DNA from: Nitrospira sp.
Lineage (GTDB): Bacteria; Nitrospirota; Nitrospiria; Nitrospirales; Nitrospiraceae
Length of the DNA: 64,000 nt
Assembly: GCA_047150005.1 (NCBI GenBank)
Contig: AP038806.1
Location: forward strand, 1,952,001-2,016,000
Reading direction: 5' to 3'
Of this stretch, positions 47,638 through 57,265 are shown piece after piece. Every line of letters begins with the position of its first letter. The stretch's first letter is position 1. The position numbers were made by a program, and so were the translations under genes. The notes beneath the pieces are model-generated. The model saw only the letters and a program-made list of their open reading frames with translations, searched no databases and was not told the origin of the DNA.

Positions 47638-47837
47638 CCACCTGTCGCCGATTTTGCGGTGCCGGCTTGTCCGAACTGCGAATATCGGAAGTGTCTGGTG
47701 GGGGAAGCGGGAAAAGATGGACTGGCCTCCTGATGATCCCTCCGATGAAAATTGGCCTTCACCAGACTCCAAATTCACCGAGCCAAAGTCATCCCCAGTA
47801 CGGCGTGTTGACCCATTGATTGAGGAGGGCTGAACCT

Positions 47838-50800
47838 ATGGGTGCATCGACAAAGTGGGTATGGGCGGGAATGGCAGGACTGTCAACCTGCCTCTGGTTG
47901 ACCGGGACAATGTCTGCTCTGGCGGCGATGTCGCATGACGCGCACGTCCCGACGGATGAGCAGGCCGATGTTGCGACGCCGGTCCATGCGCAAGCTGGTC
48001 CGATGTTGCAAAATAAGATGTCGAAGGCCGTCGAGCAGATCGAGCGGGAAGTCAAGAGCAAGGGCCCGTTTCAGGGCGCTGGTGCGCACGCCATGCAGCA
48101 GGGCGTGCTGCTTGTGGCGGAGGATCCGGACAAGGTGAAAGTGACTCATGGGGCGCGTTGCCCGGTCAATGCCCCTGTTCGCACCTATGACATAACGGCC
48201 ATCAACGTCGAGATCACCGTGAACCGGTTCGGAGACTTCTATCCCGGCTACATGTATGTCCTCAGCGAGAACGTAACCGGCGTGCGGGAGGAAGAGGCCA
48301 AGAACAAGGCTGCCCGGGAGAGCGAAGACCCCACATTTTCCGCAGGGGCCGTGTCGAACGGCTTGCAGGGCGACTTGATCCAACCGCTCGTGATCAGGGC
48401 GAACCAGGGCGATTGCTTGCGAGTGACGTTGAAAAACGAAATTGCCGATGAGCCGACGAATATGATCATCAATGGCTCTCAGATGCTCGTGGCAAGCACC
48501 GGGAAGCCGGCGACGGCCAACAACCCTGATGCCTTAGTCGCGGCGGGAAAGACCGGCGAATTCGAATGGTATATCCCGATCGACCTGCAGGAGGGCGGCC
48601 GTGCCTTCCACAGCCACGCGACGCGGGATCAATATTCCCTGGGCATGCTGGGTTCGCTCGTGGTGGAACCGCGCGGATCCCGCTATCTCAGCCCGTTCAC
48701 TGCGGAAGAGATGAAGAGCGGATGGGAAGCCATGATCGACGTGGCCGACGCCTCGGACTTCCGAGAGTTCGTGATCTTCTATCACGAGGCAGGAGACGAG
48801 ACATTCCGTCTGCTGGATCGGAAGGGCGACATGCTCCCGCAGCGGGATCCCCATACGGATACCTATCGTCCGGCGGCGCGGTTGTTGAACTACCGCAGTG
48901 AACCGCACGGCACGCGGCTCGAACTCCAGCACCATCTCGTCGGGTTTTCCGACGAATCCCAGGGCTACGGCTCCTATACGTTCGGCGACCCGGCGACCAC
49001 GATCCCGCGATCTTATTTGGGCGATCCGGCAAAGTTCCGGATGATCGGTGGGTCGGAAATTGTCCACTCGCATCACTTGCATGGCGGATCGATCCGGTGG
49101 GCGAGACAGCCCGGCACCAGCAAGCTCGATCCGACGTTATCGAAGAATGGCCCCGTTAAGTTCCCCCCGATCAGCGATGTCTCAGACCGTCTGGACGTCC
49201 AATCGATCGGTCCTTCGGAGATCTACGACGAAGTGAACGAAGGCGGATCAGGCGGGTTGCAGGCGCTCGCGGGAGAATTTGTGTTCCACTGCCACATTCC
49301 GCAACATTATGTGACAGGCATGTGGGGCTTCTGGCGTGTCTATAACACGTTGCAGGCGCCGGGAATCCAAACGGACGTGATGAAGCCGCTGGTGGAATTG
49401 CCCGACCGCAAGGGCAAGATCAAGGCGGCGGTCAACTCGGACAAGCTGGTCGGCACGACGGTCGACTGGTACGGGGGGAAGAAATACGAAATAACCAAGG
49501 ACAAGACTGATTGGAAGGCGAATCCGGTCAAGGTCTCGATCAAGGATTGGGTCGAGTACATGCTGCCGCCGCAGGGCTTGCCCGGCAAGACGGAGGATCA
49601 GGTCAAGCAGGCCCAGGCGCATGATGCGACGGTCGTAAACTGGAAGTGGGAAGGAGACTTGGCGCTCAACGAGCCTGAGACGCCACATAAGTGGGCGGAC
49701 TACGTGTCGCCGACGCCGCTGAAGCGTCCGGCGATCACGTTCGATCCGCAGACGGGCAAGTTGGCATTTCCTTGGCTGCGGCCGCATCTCGGCAAGCGGC
49801 CGCCGTTTGCGCCAAACCATGGAGGCGCGCCGTGGCTGGAGCCCTTCCGGGTCCGTGAAGACGGAACACGAAGCACGGAGCAGGCCAAGCCAGGCGAGCA
49901 AGGGCCCTGGAGCCTCTGCCCAGAAAATTCCCCGCGGAAGTTCTATACCATCCATTCCATTACGCTGCCGATCACTCTCAAGCCGTCGACGCCGAAATCC
50001 GCGGCGATCGTCGATCCGATCGGCATGATCTACGTGCTGCATGAAGAGGAGGATGAAGTCCGCAAGAATCCCAAAAAGCAGGTTCCGCTGGTCATCCGCG
50101 GGAACGTGTACGACTGCGTCGATATCATCTTCAAGAATGAAATCCCGGACGATGCACGGACGGGATGGGCAAACAAGATCAATCTTCACCCGCATTTCTT
50201 CCAGTTCGACACGAGCGCGTCCGACGGTCCGACGATCGGATTTTCGTACGACATGTCATTGCGGGCCTTCACCATGCTGGAAGACCCGCAGCCGGACAAG
50301 GGGATGCCTCTTCCGGGCAATACGGTGCTGACGGCCGATACCAAAGCCGGGGCACGCAGCGTTACGGTGAAGAACACGTCAAAGTTCCACGTGAATACTG
50401 AACTGGGCGTGGGCATGGACGATCCCAAATATTTCGAAGTCGTGCGGATCAAGGAGATCAAGGGCAATACGATCACCTTTGATGCGGCTCTGAAATACGG
50501 CCATCGCAAGAACGACATCGCCAGTGTCGAGTTCATTCGTGAACGCTGGTACGTGGATTCAGATTTCGGAACCGTCTACTGGCACGATCACGTCTTCGGG
50601 ACCGATACCTGGGGCCATGGGTTGTTCTCCGCGTTCATTACCGAGCCACCCCGCTCGACCTATCATGACCCGGTGACGGGTAAAGAGATCCGTAGCGGTC
50701 CCATTGCAGACATCCACACGTTGGAGCCGGTGTCTGCGCACATCCGCGGCAGTTTCCGTGAAGTCATGATGCACATCATGGATAGCAATGCGCGGAGCGC

Positions 50801-52580
50801 AGAATTGATCCTCACCGACAATCCGCAGGCGAGAACGGGGGCGGTGACCGTCGACGGTCCTCCGTCGCACCAATTCCCTGAGCGGATCAACAAGTCGGCG
50901 ATGTGGTTCCTCAACGGCGGAGAAGCCACGACCGGCAGCGGCTACAGCATGAGAGTCGAGCCGTTGAGCGTACGATTGGCCAATAATTCGGATCCATCGA
51001 AGTTGTTCGTGTCGGGTATCCACGGAGATCCCGGCACTCCGTTGCTGAGGGCATACTTGGGTGATCCGATTCTGGTGCGCGCACTGGTGGGATCGGCCAA
51101 CGAAGTCCATACCTGGCACGTGACCGGTCACTGGTTCCCGATGGAACGGTACGGCACCACGGCGATGCCGCGGAGCACGATCCATCTGGCGATCGGTGAA
51201 CGGTATGACCCGGCGATTCCGGCTGCAGGCGGTCCGCAGCAGAAGGCCGGAGACTATCTCTATTACAGCGGACGCGCTTCCCACTTTGCGGAAGGCAGTT
51301 GGGGACTCTTCCGGGTCCTCGACGAGCTGCAGGGGGATCTGAAGCCTCTACCGGGCCGAGAGCAGATTCAAAAGTCGGCGCCATCGGTCTGCCCGGCCGA
51401 TGCGCCGGTCAAGACGTTCAACGTGTCGGCGGTCGATCAGAACATCCGGTACCACGAAGGAGCGCCGGGCGTGATGGAAGTCGATCTTGAACGGAAGATG
51501 GTCTTCGGGAACGAGCAGGGCAAGATGTACGTGCTCGACGGCGATCGTGGACGGGTGAAGTCCGGAGAATTGCGGCCGAGCCCGCTGACGCTACACGTGA
51601 ACGTCGGCGATTGCATGAAGATCAACCTGAAAAATGAAATGGCGAAGGAACGGGCCGGATTCCACGTCGACATGATGGCGTTCGATCCGAAGGACTCGTT
51701 CGGCGCCAACGTCGGCAACAATCCCGGCGATCAAACGATCGGGTCGGGTGAGAACAAGACGTATACGTTTTACGCGCATCCTCAGTATGGCGAACTGGCC
51801 GCCCTCATCCAGGACTGGGGGAACGTGGTCGAGAATCCGCGCAACGGTCTGTTCGGCTCGATCATCATCGGTCCGAAGGGTTCGCGCTATCGCGATCCAA
51901 TCACCGGTGAAGACATTGCGATGAAAAGCAGCTGGCGAGCGGATGTGATCGTAGATCGGTCCATTCCAGGCCACGAAAGCCGGAAGAACTACCGCGATTT
52001 CTCCTTGATGTTCCAGGATGAGGACAACATCGTGGGAGTCAGTTTCATGCCCTACATTCAACAGGTGGCCGGCATTACCGCCGTCAACTATCGTTCGGAA
52101 CCGGCAGCCTGGAGAATGGAAAAAGGATGTGAGTTATCCGAAGTCTTCAGCTGCGTCAAGGCCGGCGATACGCCCTCCACGCCGTTGTTGCAGGCGCATG
52201 TGGGCGATCCCGTCGCCATCCATGTCCTGGGCGCATTCAGCGAACAGGTGCAGCTGTTTACGGTGGACGGCCATGAATGGCCGCACGAACCGTATATGCA
52301 GGGTGCAGATCAGGTCAGCACGATGGAATTTGGCGGATCCGAAGTCATCAATGCGTACCTGACCGGAGGAGCCGGAGGTCCGAACAAGATCGTGGGCGAT
52401 TATCTGTGGAAGAACCAGCGTCCCGCCTTTGCCAATGCGGGGCAGTGGGGTCTGTTCAAGGTATTGCCGATTGAAGATCAGCGGATTCTTCCGCTGATGC
52501 CTCAGGTTCCGCCCACCAAGACGGCGGAACAAGAGAGCGGACCGGCGACGATTTCCCGCACATCGCTGGTCGAACAATAG
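47838..52580 (+). CDS. Large secreted multicopper oxidase, MnxG-like motif order (copy 2)
   Basis: SD GAGGAGG; Sec-type signal; FHSH, HSHHLH, HCHIPQHYVTGM, NLHPH, YWHDH, HTWH..GH; collinear paralog of copy 1. Confidence 0.88.
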   Translation: MGASTKWVWAGMAGLSTCLWLTGTMSALAAMSHDAHVPTDEQADVATPVHAQAGPMLQNKMSKAVEQIEREVKSKGPFQGAGAHAMQQGVLLVAEDPDKVKVTHGARCPVNAPVRTYDITAINVEITVNRFGDFYPGYMYVLSENVTGVREEEAKNKAARESEDPTFSAGAVSNGLQGDLIQPLVIRANQGDCLRVTLKNEIADEPTNMIINGSQMLVASTGKPATANNPDALVAAGKTGEFEWYIPIDLQEGGRAFHSHATRDQYSLGMLGSLVVEPRGSRYLSPFTAEEMKSGWEAMIDVADASDFREFVIFYHEAGDETFRLLDRKGDMLPQRDPHTDTYRPAARLLNYRSEPHGTRLELQHHLVGFSDESQGYGSYTFGDPATTIPRSYLGDPAKFRMIGGSEIVHSHHLHGGSIRWARQPGTSKLDPTLSKNGPVKFPPISDVSDRLDVQSIGPSEIYDEVNEGGSGGLQALAGEFVFHCHIPQHYVTGMWGFWRVYNTLQAPGIQTDVMKPLVELPDRKGKIKAAVNSDKLVGTTVDWYGGKKYEITKDKTDWKANPVKVSIKDWVEYMLPPQGLPGKTEDQVKQAQAHDATVVNWKWEGDLALNEPETPHKWADYVSPTPLKRPAITFDPQTGKLAFPWLRPHLGKRPPFAPNHGGAPWLEPFRVREDGTRSTEQAKPGEQGPWSLCPENSPRKFYTIHSITLPITLKPSTPKSAAIVDPIGMIYVLHEEEDEVRKNPKKQVPLVIRGNVYDCVDIIFKNEIPDDARTGWANKINLHPHFFQFDTSASDGPTIGFSYDMSLRAFTMLEDPQPDKGMPLPGNTVLTADTKAGARSVTVKNTSKFHVNTELGVGMDDPKYFEVVRIKEIKGNTITFDAALKYGHRKNDIASVEFIRERWYVDSDFGTVYWHDHVFGTDTWGHGLFSAFITEPPRSTYHDPVTGKEIRSGPIADIHTLEPVSAHIRGSFREVMMHIMDSNARSAELILTDNPQARTGAVTVDGPPSHQFPERINKSAMWFLNGGEATTGSGYSMRVEPLSVRLANNSDPSKLFVSGIHGDPGTPLLRAYLGDPILVRALVGSANEVHTWHVTGHWFPMERYGTTAMPRSTIHLAIGERYDPAIPAAGGPQQKAGDYLYYSGRASHFAEGSWGLFRVLDELQGDLKPLPGREQIQKSAPSVCPADAPVKTFNVSAVDQNIRYHEGAPGVMEVDLERKMVFGNEQGKMYVLDGDRGRVKSGELRPSPLTLHVNVGDCMKINLKNEMAKERAGFHVDMMAFDPKDSFGANVGNNPGDQTIGSGENKTYTFYAHPQYGELAALIQDWGNVVENPRNGLFGSIIIGPKGSRYRDPITGEDIAMKSSWRADVIVDRSIPGHESRKNYRDFSLMFQDEDNIVGVSFMPYIQQVAGITAVNYRSEPAAWRMEKGCELSEVFSCVKAGDTPSTPLLQAHVGDPVAIHVLGAFSEQVQLFTVDGHEWPHEPYMQGADQVSTMEFGGSEVINAYLTGGAGGPNKIVGDYLWKNQRPAFANAGQWGLFKVLPIEDQRILPLMPQVPPTKTAEQESGPATISRTSLVEQ

Positions 52581-52588
52581 GAGAAGAA

Positions 52589-52692
52589 CAGGCGGTGTCT
52601 TGATCGCGAGGTCGAGACGCCGCCTGAAGGTATGACAAGCGGATCAGGGCCCTTCAGAGTGGGGGAGCGTATTGTTCCCCCGTCCTCTTTCT
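52589..52692 (+). terminator. Two hairpins after oxidase 2, the second terminator-like
   Basis: CAGGCGGTGTCTTGA..TCGAGACGCCGCCTG, then GGGGGAGCG-tat-TGTTCCCCC followed by GTCCTCTTTCT. Confidence 0.55.
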
Positions 52693-52721
52693 CATTCGTG
52701 GTGTGAATATGGAGGGTCAGT

Positions 52722-53486
52722 ATGCCGAAGCGAGAGTTCGCCCTGTGGAGTGCCCTGTTGCTCCTCGCCGGTACGCTGGGCTCGATACCGGCGCTGGCCT
52801 ATGAAGAAGCGGCGGTCTCGAACGGTGGTAGAGCGACAGGTACCGTGACCTTTTCCGGGGACGTGCCGGCGCCGGTAGCCTTCGAACTCCGACGATATCC
52901 CGATCGAGTCTATTGCGGCGCCCTGTCCGATGGCTCCGGTTATCGCCACCTTCGGCAGGTAGCCGTTGGAGAGCAGCGGGGGCTCAAGGACGTCATCCTT
53001 ACGATAGAAGGAGTCCAAAAGGGAAAACCGTTCGAACTCCAGGAAACCAAGCTCGAGGCCAATATCTGCCAATTTGTGCCGTTCGTCTCCGTCATGAGGG
53101 AGCATCATCCACTGACGGTGAAGAACCTGGATTCGGTTTCGCATGATTTGCAGATCTATGAGCGCGAGCGTGAGCATATCTTTATCATGTTTCACCGACC
53201 GGCCCTGACTAGGGAGGGCACCAGCGATACGATCCGTTTTACAGGAAATCGTCGGGGGGTCACCATGCAGTGCGGCATGCATCCCTACATGCAGGGGCAT
53301 GGTTTGGCAGTGGAGAATCCATATTATGCCATTACCGACTTGGATGGAACCTTTTCCATTAATGATCTTCCTGCTGGCACCTATCGGCTCAAGGCCTGGC
53401 ATCCCGTCCTGGGAGAGAAAGAGCAGACCGTGACGATCGCTGAGAACGTCACCACCTCATCGGTGTTCAACTTCGAAGCGAATTAA
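52722..53486 (+). CDS. Exported cupredoxin-like / carboxypeptidase-regulatory-like domain protein (copy 2)
   Basis: FELRRYPDRVYCGALS, NLDSVSHD, QCGMHPYM, DLPAGTY.LKAWHP; paralog of 43993-44754. Confidence 0.8.
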   Translation: MPKREFALWSALLLLAGTLGSIPALAYEEAAVSNGGRATGTVTFSGDVPAPVAFELRRYPDRVYCGALSDGSGYRHLRQVAVGEQRGLKDVILTIEGVQKGKPFELQETKLEANICQFVPFVSVMREHHPLTVKNLDSVSHDLQIYEREREHIFIMFHRPALTREGTSDTIRFTGNRRGVTMQCGMHPYMQGHGLAVENPYYAITDLDGTFSINDLPAGTYRLKAWHPVLGEKEQTVTIAENVTTSSVFNFEAN

Positions 53487-53489
53487 CTG

Positions 53490-53996
53490 ATGAACTGGTC
53501 ACGATACTTGCTTATAGGTCTGCTGGTGGCTCATGCCGGTATGGTTGGGGTAGTCTCGGCATTTGCCGAAGGGCAGCCGCTGTCCCCTGTGTCTCGAGTC
53601 GAGGTGGTGTTGGGCCGTCAGTATAAGAACCAAGTGGCGGAATTAGCCGAGGAGTTCGCTCAAGCCGGGATGAAGAATGTCCATTTCCAATTCGCCAGAC
53701 GCGGACAACCTCCTCAGAATATTGGATTGGGTAGAGAGGTGCCCGCCGACAAGGCGCGAGAGGTGATTCGATTGGCGCTGAAATACAATCTTGGCGTCGA
53801 AATTCTATTGCCGGAACGGCTCTTTCCCCCTCGCTTCGTGACGATCGCATCTTCCAACTTCGACGATACAGTCGAGTATCGCATCGACCAGAACACCCTT
53901 GCCAAGCTTCAGGACCCAAGTTTGACCACGGAAGAATTTCACCGCATCTATCATCAACTCACCTGGCCGCCGAAAGAGATCCAGCGACGATACTGA
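53490..53996 (+). CDS. Hypothetical exported protein (copy 2)
   Basis: Signal peptide ending SAFA; paralog of 44751-45272. Confidence 0.78.
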   Translation: MNWSRYLLIGLLVAHAGMVGVVSAFAEGQPLSPVSRVEVVLGRQYKNQVAELAEEFAQAGMKNVHFQFARRGQPPQNIGLGREVPADKAREVIRLALKYNLGVEILLPERLFPPRFVTIASSNFDDTVEYRIDQNTLAKLQDPSLTTEEFHRIYHQLTWPPKEIQRRY

Positions 53997-54612
53997 GCAA
54001 GTCGTACCCAAGCATCTCGCGATGACAGAGGAATGTTCTTGCTCGGCCTTGTGTAGAGTTTCGACGGCCTTGGGAATCCTACGATCAAAGCCCATGCCGT
54101 GACACGAGAGTCAGTCTCTTTGCTTGGATTGACAAGTGCGATCAGCAATTAGGTAAGCTCATTGTCGTGCCCCTGTTTGCGATAAGCAATTCTCATCATC
54201 CCTTGCTACAGCCGGGACAGCAGCCTAGGTCCTCTTTCAGCAGCCATGTTTCCGCGGGAGCGCTTGCTTGTCTCTAGGGCATGGGTGATCTGCAGTCGGC
54301 ACAACAATGGGCTCAAAATGTTGAGGGATTGCGTAGATACGGTATATCTCTAAATCCCCCGCGAAAGCTGCATAGATTTTCTTCGATTCCTGGGGGTATC
54401 TTAGACACTAGGAACCGCAAGACGTAGGAGGTCGAAGCGTGGTAACCTATAATCAGCTTCGGAGGACCATCAGACAGCACCGGCAGGCTTGGACAAGGCA
54501 TTGCCCTTGTTGTGGCAAGTGGTTGAGGAAACAAGATCCATCAGCTCCTTGGGTATGTGCGTGTGGTTGGCATGGTTGATTAGGGTGTGGTTCCCAAGAT
54601 GAAGGAGGCATC

Positions 54613-54759
54613 ATGCAACATTATTTCCTCCACGATGTCCGTGCAGGGTTTCTTCTGTTGGTCGGGTTTGCGATGCTCGCATTGATCTGCGCGGTGGCAG
54701 CCTTGAGCACGGTCATGCGACCGGTTCGCTGGGCAGATCGGCGTGGAAGCCACTATTGA
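54613..54759 (+). CDS. 48-aa single-TM small protein (below the ORF-track cutoff)
   Basis: Strong SD AAGGAGG before the ATG; MQHYFLHDVRAGFLLLVGFAMLALICAVAALSTVMRPVRWADRRGSHY. Confidence 0.55.
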   Translation: MQHYFLHDVRAGFLLLVGFAMLALICAVAALSTVMRPVRWADRRGSHY

Positions 54760-54964
54760 TCGAAGGTCGTGATTCCTCTGGTATTTCGCCGTCCCGCCCC
54801 AGTTCTCCTCGGGTCACTCGCTAAATAAAGCCTCTGCCCTGCACGCACAACCCATTGATTGTAGTGCTATTTGTGGGCCAGTCTCGCCTTCCGTGTCCCC
54901 ACGCAAGCCGGTGCTATAGTTGTTCTACGCCTGGTAATTCACAACACGAGGGGATGAGGGATTT

Positions 54965-55666
54965 ATGAACTGCAGAATAGCGACAGTGAGTCGGGTTGCC
55001 GCCGCATGCGCTTTACTGGTGGTCAGCGAGGGCTGCGGGCTAAAGTGGTTGCAATCGGATGGGGCAGAGCAAACAGGGTCCCAGAATAGTCGGGTAGACA
55101 GAGCGAATAGCTCGGCCGATGGCTTAGGGGAGTGGCAGGGGCAAGGTGTCAACCCCAACTTTCCCGCCGTCACGCGGGAGGATCTACGGGGCGACTTGAG
55201 CGGATTCTCGCAAAATCCGGCCGAAGAACGTCTTGCTCATGGACATGCAGCCTCCCCCAGATCGTATGCCGGCATGAATGTGATGCAACATGCGGAGTTG
55301 ACGAAAGAAGAGAGGGCTGCGATTGATGCCGGACTGCGGGATGTCTTTTTTAGCTATGATCAATGGACACTCTCCGAAAACGGTATGGCATCGCTGAACC
55401 ATGATGCCGACTGGTTGAAGCAACATCCTGGTGCAGTGATGAAGGTCGAGGGACACTGCGATGAACGAGGAACAACCGACTATAACGTGGTGCTTGGGGA
55501 CAAGCGGGCCAAGAGTGCTCGCACCTACCTGATCGAACTTGGTGTGAATCCCAAACAGGTCGCGATTATTTCCTATGGCAAGGAGCGTCCGTTTTGCTTG
55601 GATCACACGGAACCATGCTATCAGCAGAATCGTCGAGGGCACGTGTTGCTGAAGCTCAAGAAGTAA
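54965..55666 (+). CDS. pal: OmpA/Pal-family peptidoglycan-associated lipoprotein
   Basis: Lipobox-like EGC; VFFSYD, EGHCDERGTTDYN..LGDKRA, SYGKERP, NRR. Confidence 0.8.
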   Translation: MNCRIATVSRVAAACALLVVSEGCGLKWLQSDGAEQTGSQNSRVDRANSSADGLGEWQGQGVNPNFPAVTREDLRGDLSGFSQNPAEERLAHGHAASPRSYAGMNVMQHAELTKEERAAIDAGLRDVFFSYDQWTLSENGMASLNHDADWLKQHPGAVMKVEGHCDERGTTDYNVVLGDKRAKSARTYLIELGVNPKQVAIISYGKERPFCLDHTEPCYQQNRRGHVLLKLKK

Positions 55667-55776
55667 TTTCTTCACTAGTCAGATCATTCCAGCGAGCCTC
55701 GACGCGAATTCCGGTAACGTCGTCAAGGCTCGCTGTTTTTGTAAGCCATATGGAGAACCTTCAGCCAAGGAGCATC

Positions 55777-56127
55777 ATGGCCCTAAGACTGCAATCAGTT
55801 AAAGAAAGTGAGCCTATCGACAAGCGAACACACCCACGGTTCACTGCGCAGTTTCGAAGTACCTTCTCCGGCGGGCAACGTGAAGGACAGGGAAAGACGT
55901 TGGACCTTTCCAGCGGAGGTTGCCGAATCGAAAGCGAACAGGTGGTCGTCCTCGGTGCGACGTTCGAATGCAGAATCCATGTGCCAGGTTTGAATTGGCC
56001 CCTTCGCATCGATGAAGCACAGGTTCGGTGGGTGAAAGGAAAGGCGTTTGGTGTTCAGTTCACTTCCATACAGCCGCAAGAGCGGGCAAAGCTGAAGCAG
56101 GTCATCACTCATCTCACGCTTCAATAG
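55777..56127 (+). CDS. Stand-alone PilZ domain protein
   Basis: RxxxR (RTHPR) and DxSxxG (DLSSGG); SD AAGGAG. Confidence 0.85.
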   Translation: MALRLQSVKESEPIDKRTHPRFTAQFRSTFSGGQREGQGKTLDLSSGGCRIESEQVVVLGATFECRIHVPGLNWPLRIDEAQVRWVKGKAFGVQFTSIQPQERAKLKQVITHLTLQ

Positions 56128-56265
56128 TCTTGCTTGTCTCGTCTTGACGCCTCACAATTGGCCGCTGGCAGGCTCATCGCAGCCAGCGCTCTCGAGTTAC
56201 AACCGAGTTCCATGATATATCTGATGCAAGCTGGACGGTCGCCGTATCCAGCCGGGGAGAACATT

Positions 56266-56802
56266 GTGCAACACGAAATTGCGATTCTGGCCGGCGGATG
56301 CTTCTGGTGCCTCGAGGCCGTGTACGATCAGCTGCAAGGAGTGCATTCTGTCGAATCAGGATACATCGGGGGGAAGCTGGAGAACCCAACATATGAGTCC
56401 GTTTGCGGAGGCCAAACGGGGCACGCCGAGGCCGTGAAGATAACATTCGACCCACGTGTGGTCGACTATCGGACATTGCTGCAGATATTTTTCGTCATCC
56501 ATGACCCGACAACATTGAATCGCCAGGGCCATGACGTTGGAACTCAGTACCGGTCCGCGATCTTCTACCATACACCTGCGCAGAAACGAATCGCGGAAGA
56601 AACAATTGCCCTGCTGGCCGAACAACGAATTTATCCCAATCCGATTGTGACAGAAGTCGTCCCCTCAGAACGATGGTACGAAGCCGAGCCCTATCACCAG
56701 GAATACTTCGCCCGCAATCCCTTCCAGGGCTATTGCACAGCGGTGGTGGGACCGAAGGTGGCAAAGTTCCGGAAGCAGTTTGCCGTCAAGTTGAAACCCT
56801 AG
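56266..56802 (+). CDS. msrA: Peptide-methionine (S)-S-oxide reductase
   Basis: GGCFWC, TGHAE, HDPT, QG.DVGTQYRS, AEPYHQEY, GYC. Confidence 0.95.
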   Translation: MQHEIAILAGGCFWCLEAVYDQLQGVHSVESGYIGGKLENPTYESVCGGQTGHAEAVKITFDPRVVDYRTLLQIFFVIHDPTTLNRQGHDVGTQYRSAIFYHTPAQKRIAEETIALLAEQRIYPNPIVTEVVPSERWYEAEPYHQEYFARNPFQGYCTAVVGPKVAKFRKQFAVKLKP

Positions 56803-56828
56803 CGCCAGCCTCTTCGTTCTCATCACCG

Positions 56829-57254
56829 CTATCTGAACCAATCGAGGAAATGCATCGTGGCTCGCCCCCACAGGGCCTGTTTTTGGGTGATCTGTTGCAT
56901 CGACAGCAGCACTTCAGCTTGCGGTGGGCAGAACGGCCATTCAATCGCGGTCTTCCCTTGAACCTTCGCCAAGATGCGTCCGTCGGCCTGCTCAACTGGT
57001 GGCGTGAGCACCATCAACGGATCATCAGGGTCAAGCAGGCAGGAGCCATCGAACCTCGCGCGCTCAAAGAGCAGCGAATTAGCCAGAGGAACTGTAATGG
57101 ACCCATCCGAGAAGATCGTGTCCCCTTCTCGAACGGGTCCTGGTGGCGCGATTGAGTAGAGGATGAGCGGCGTCGCAACCATCAACAGCACAACGAGACC
57201 CATGGCCCATAGCGGAGGACCAGGATCCGGTCGGTCATCTGGAGCGGAAGACAT
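56829..57254 (-). CDS. Hypothetical membrane-anchored protein
   Basis: N-terminal TM segment; lies directly downstream of ttcA. Confidence 0.65.
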   Translation of the reverse strand: MSSAPDDRPDPGPPLWAMGLVVLLMVATPLILYSIAPPGPVREGDTIFSDGSITVPLANSLLFERARFDGSCLLDPDDPLMVLTPPVEQADGRILAKVQGKTAIEWPFCPPQAEVLLSMQQITQKQALWGRATMHFLDWFR

Positions 57255-57265
57255 GGAGGTAGAGG

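Noticed and set aside
38492..52580. Calling the oxidases NirK, laccase/CueO or definitively mnxG
   Set aside because: Size and motif order do not fit NirK or three-domain laccases; Mn oxidation cannot be proven from motifs, so no gene symbol was given
32666..54000. Oxidase locus as a genomic island integrated at tRNA-Arg
   Set aside because: No integrase or transposase, no repeat of the tRNA 3' end noticed downstream, and composition looks like the flanks
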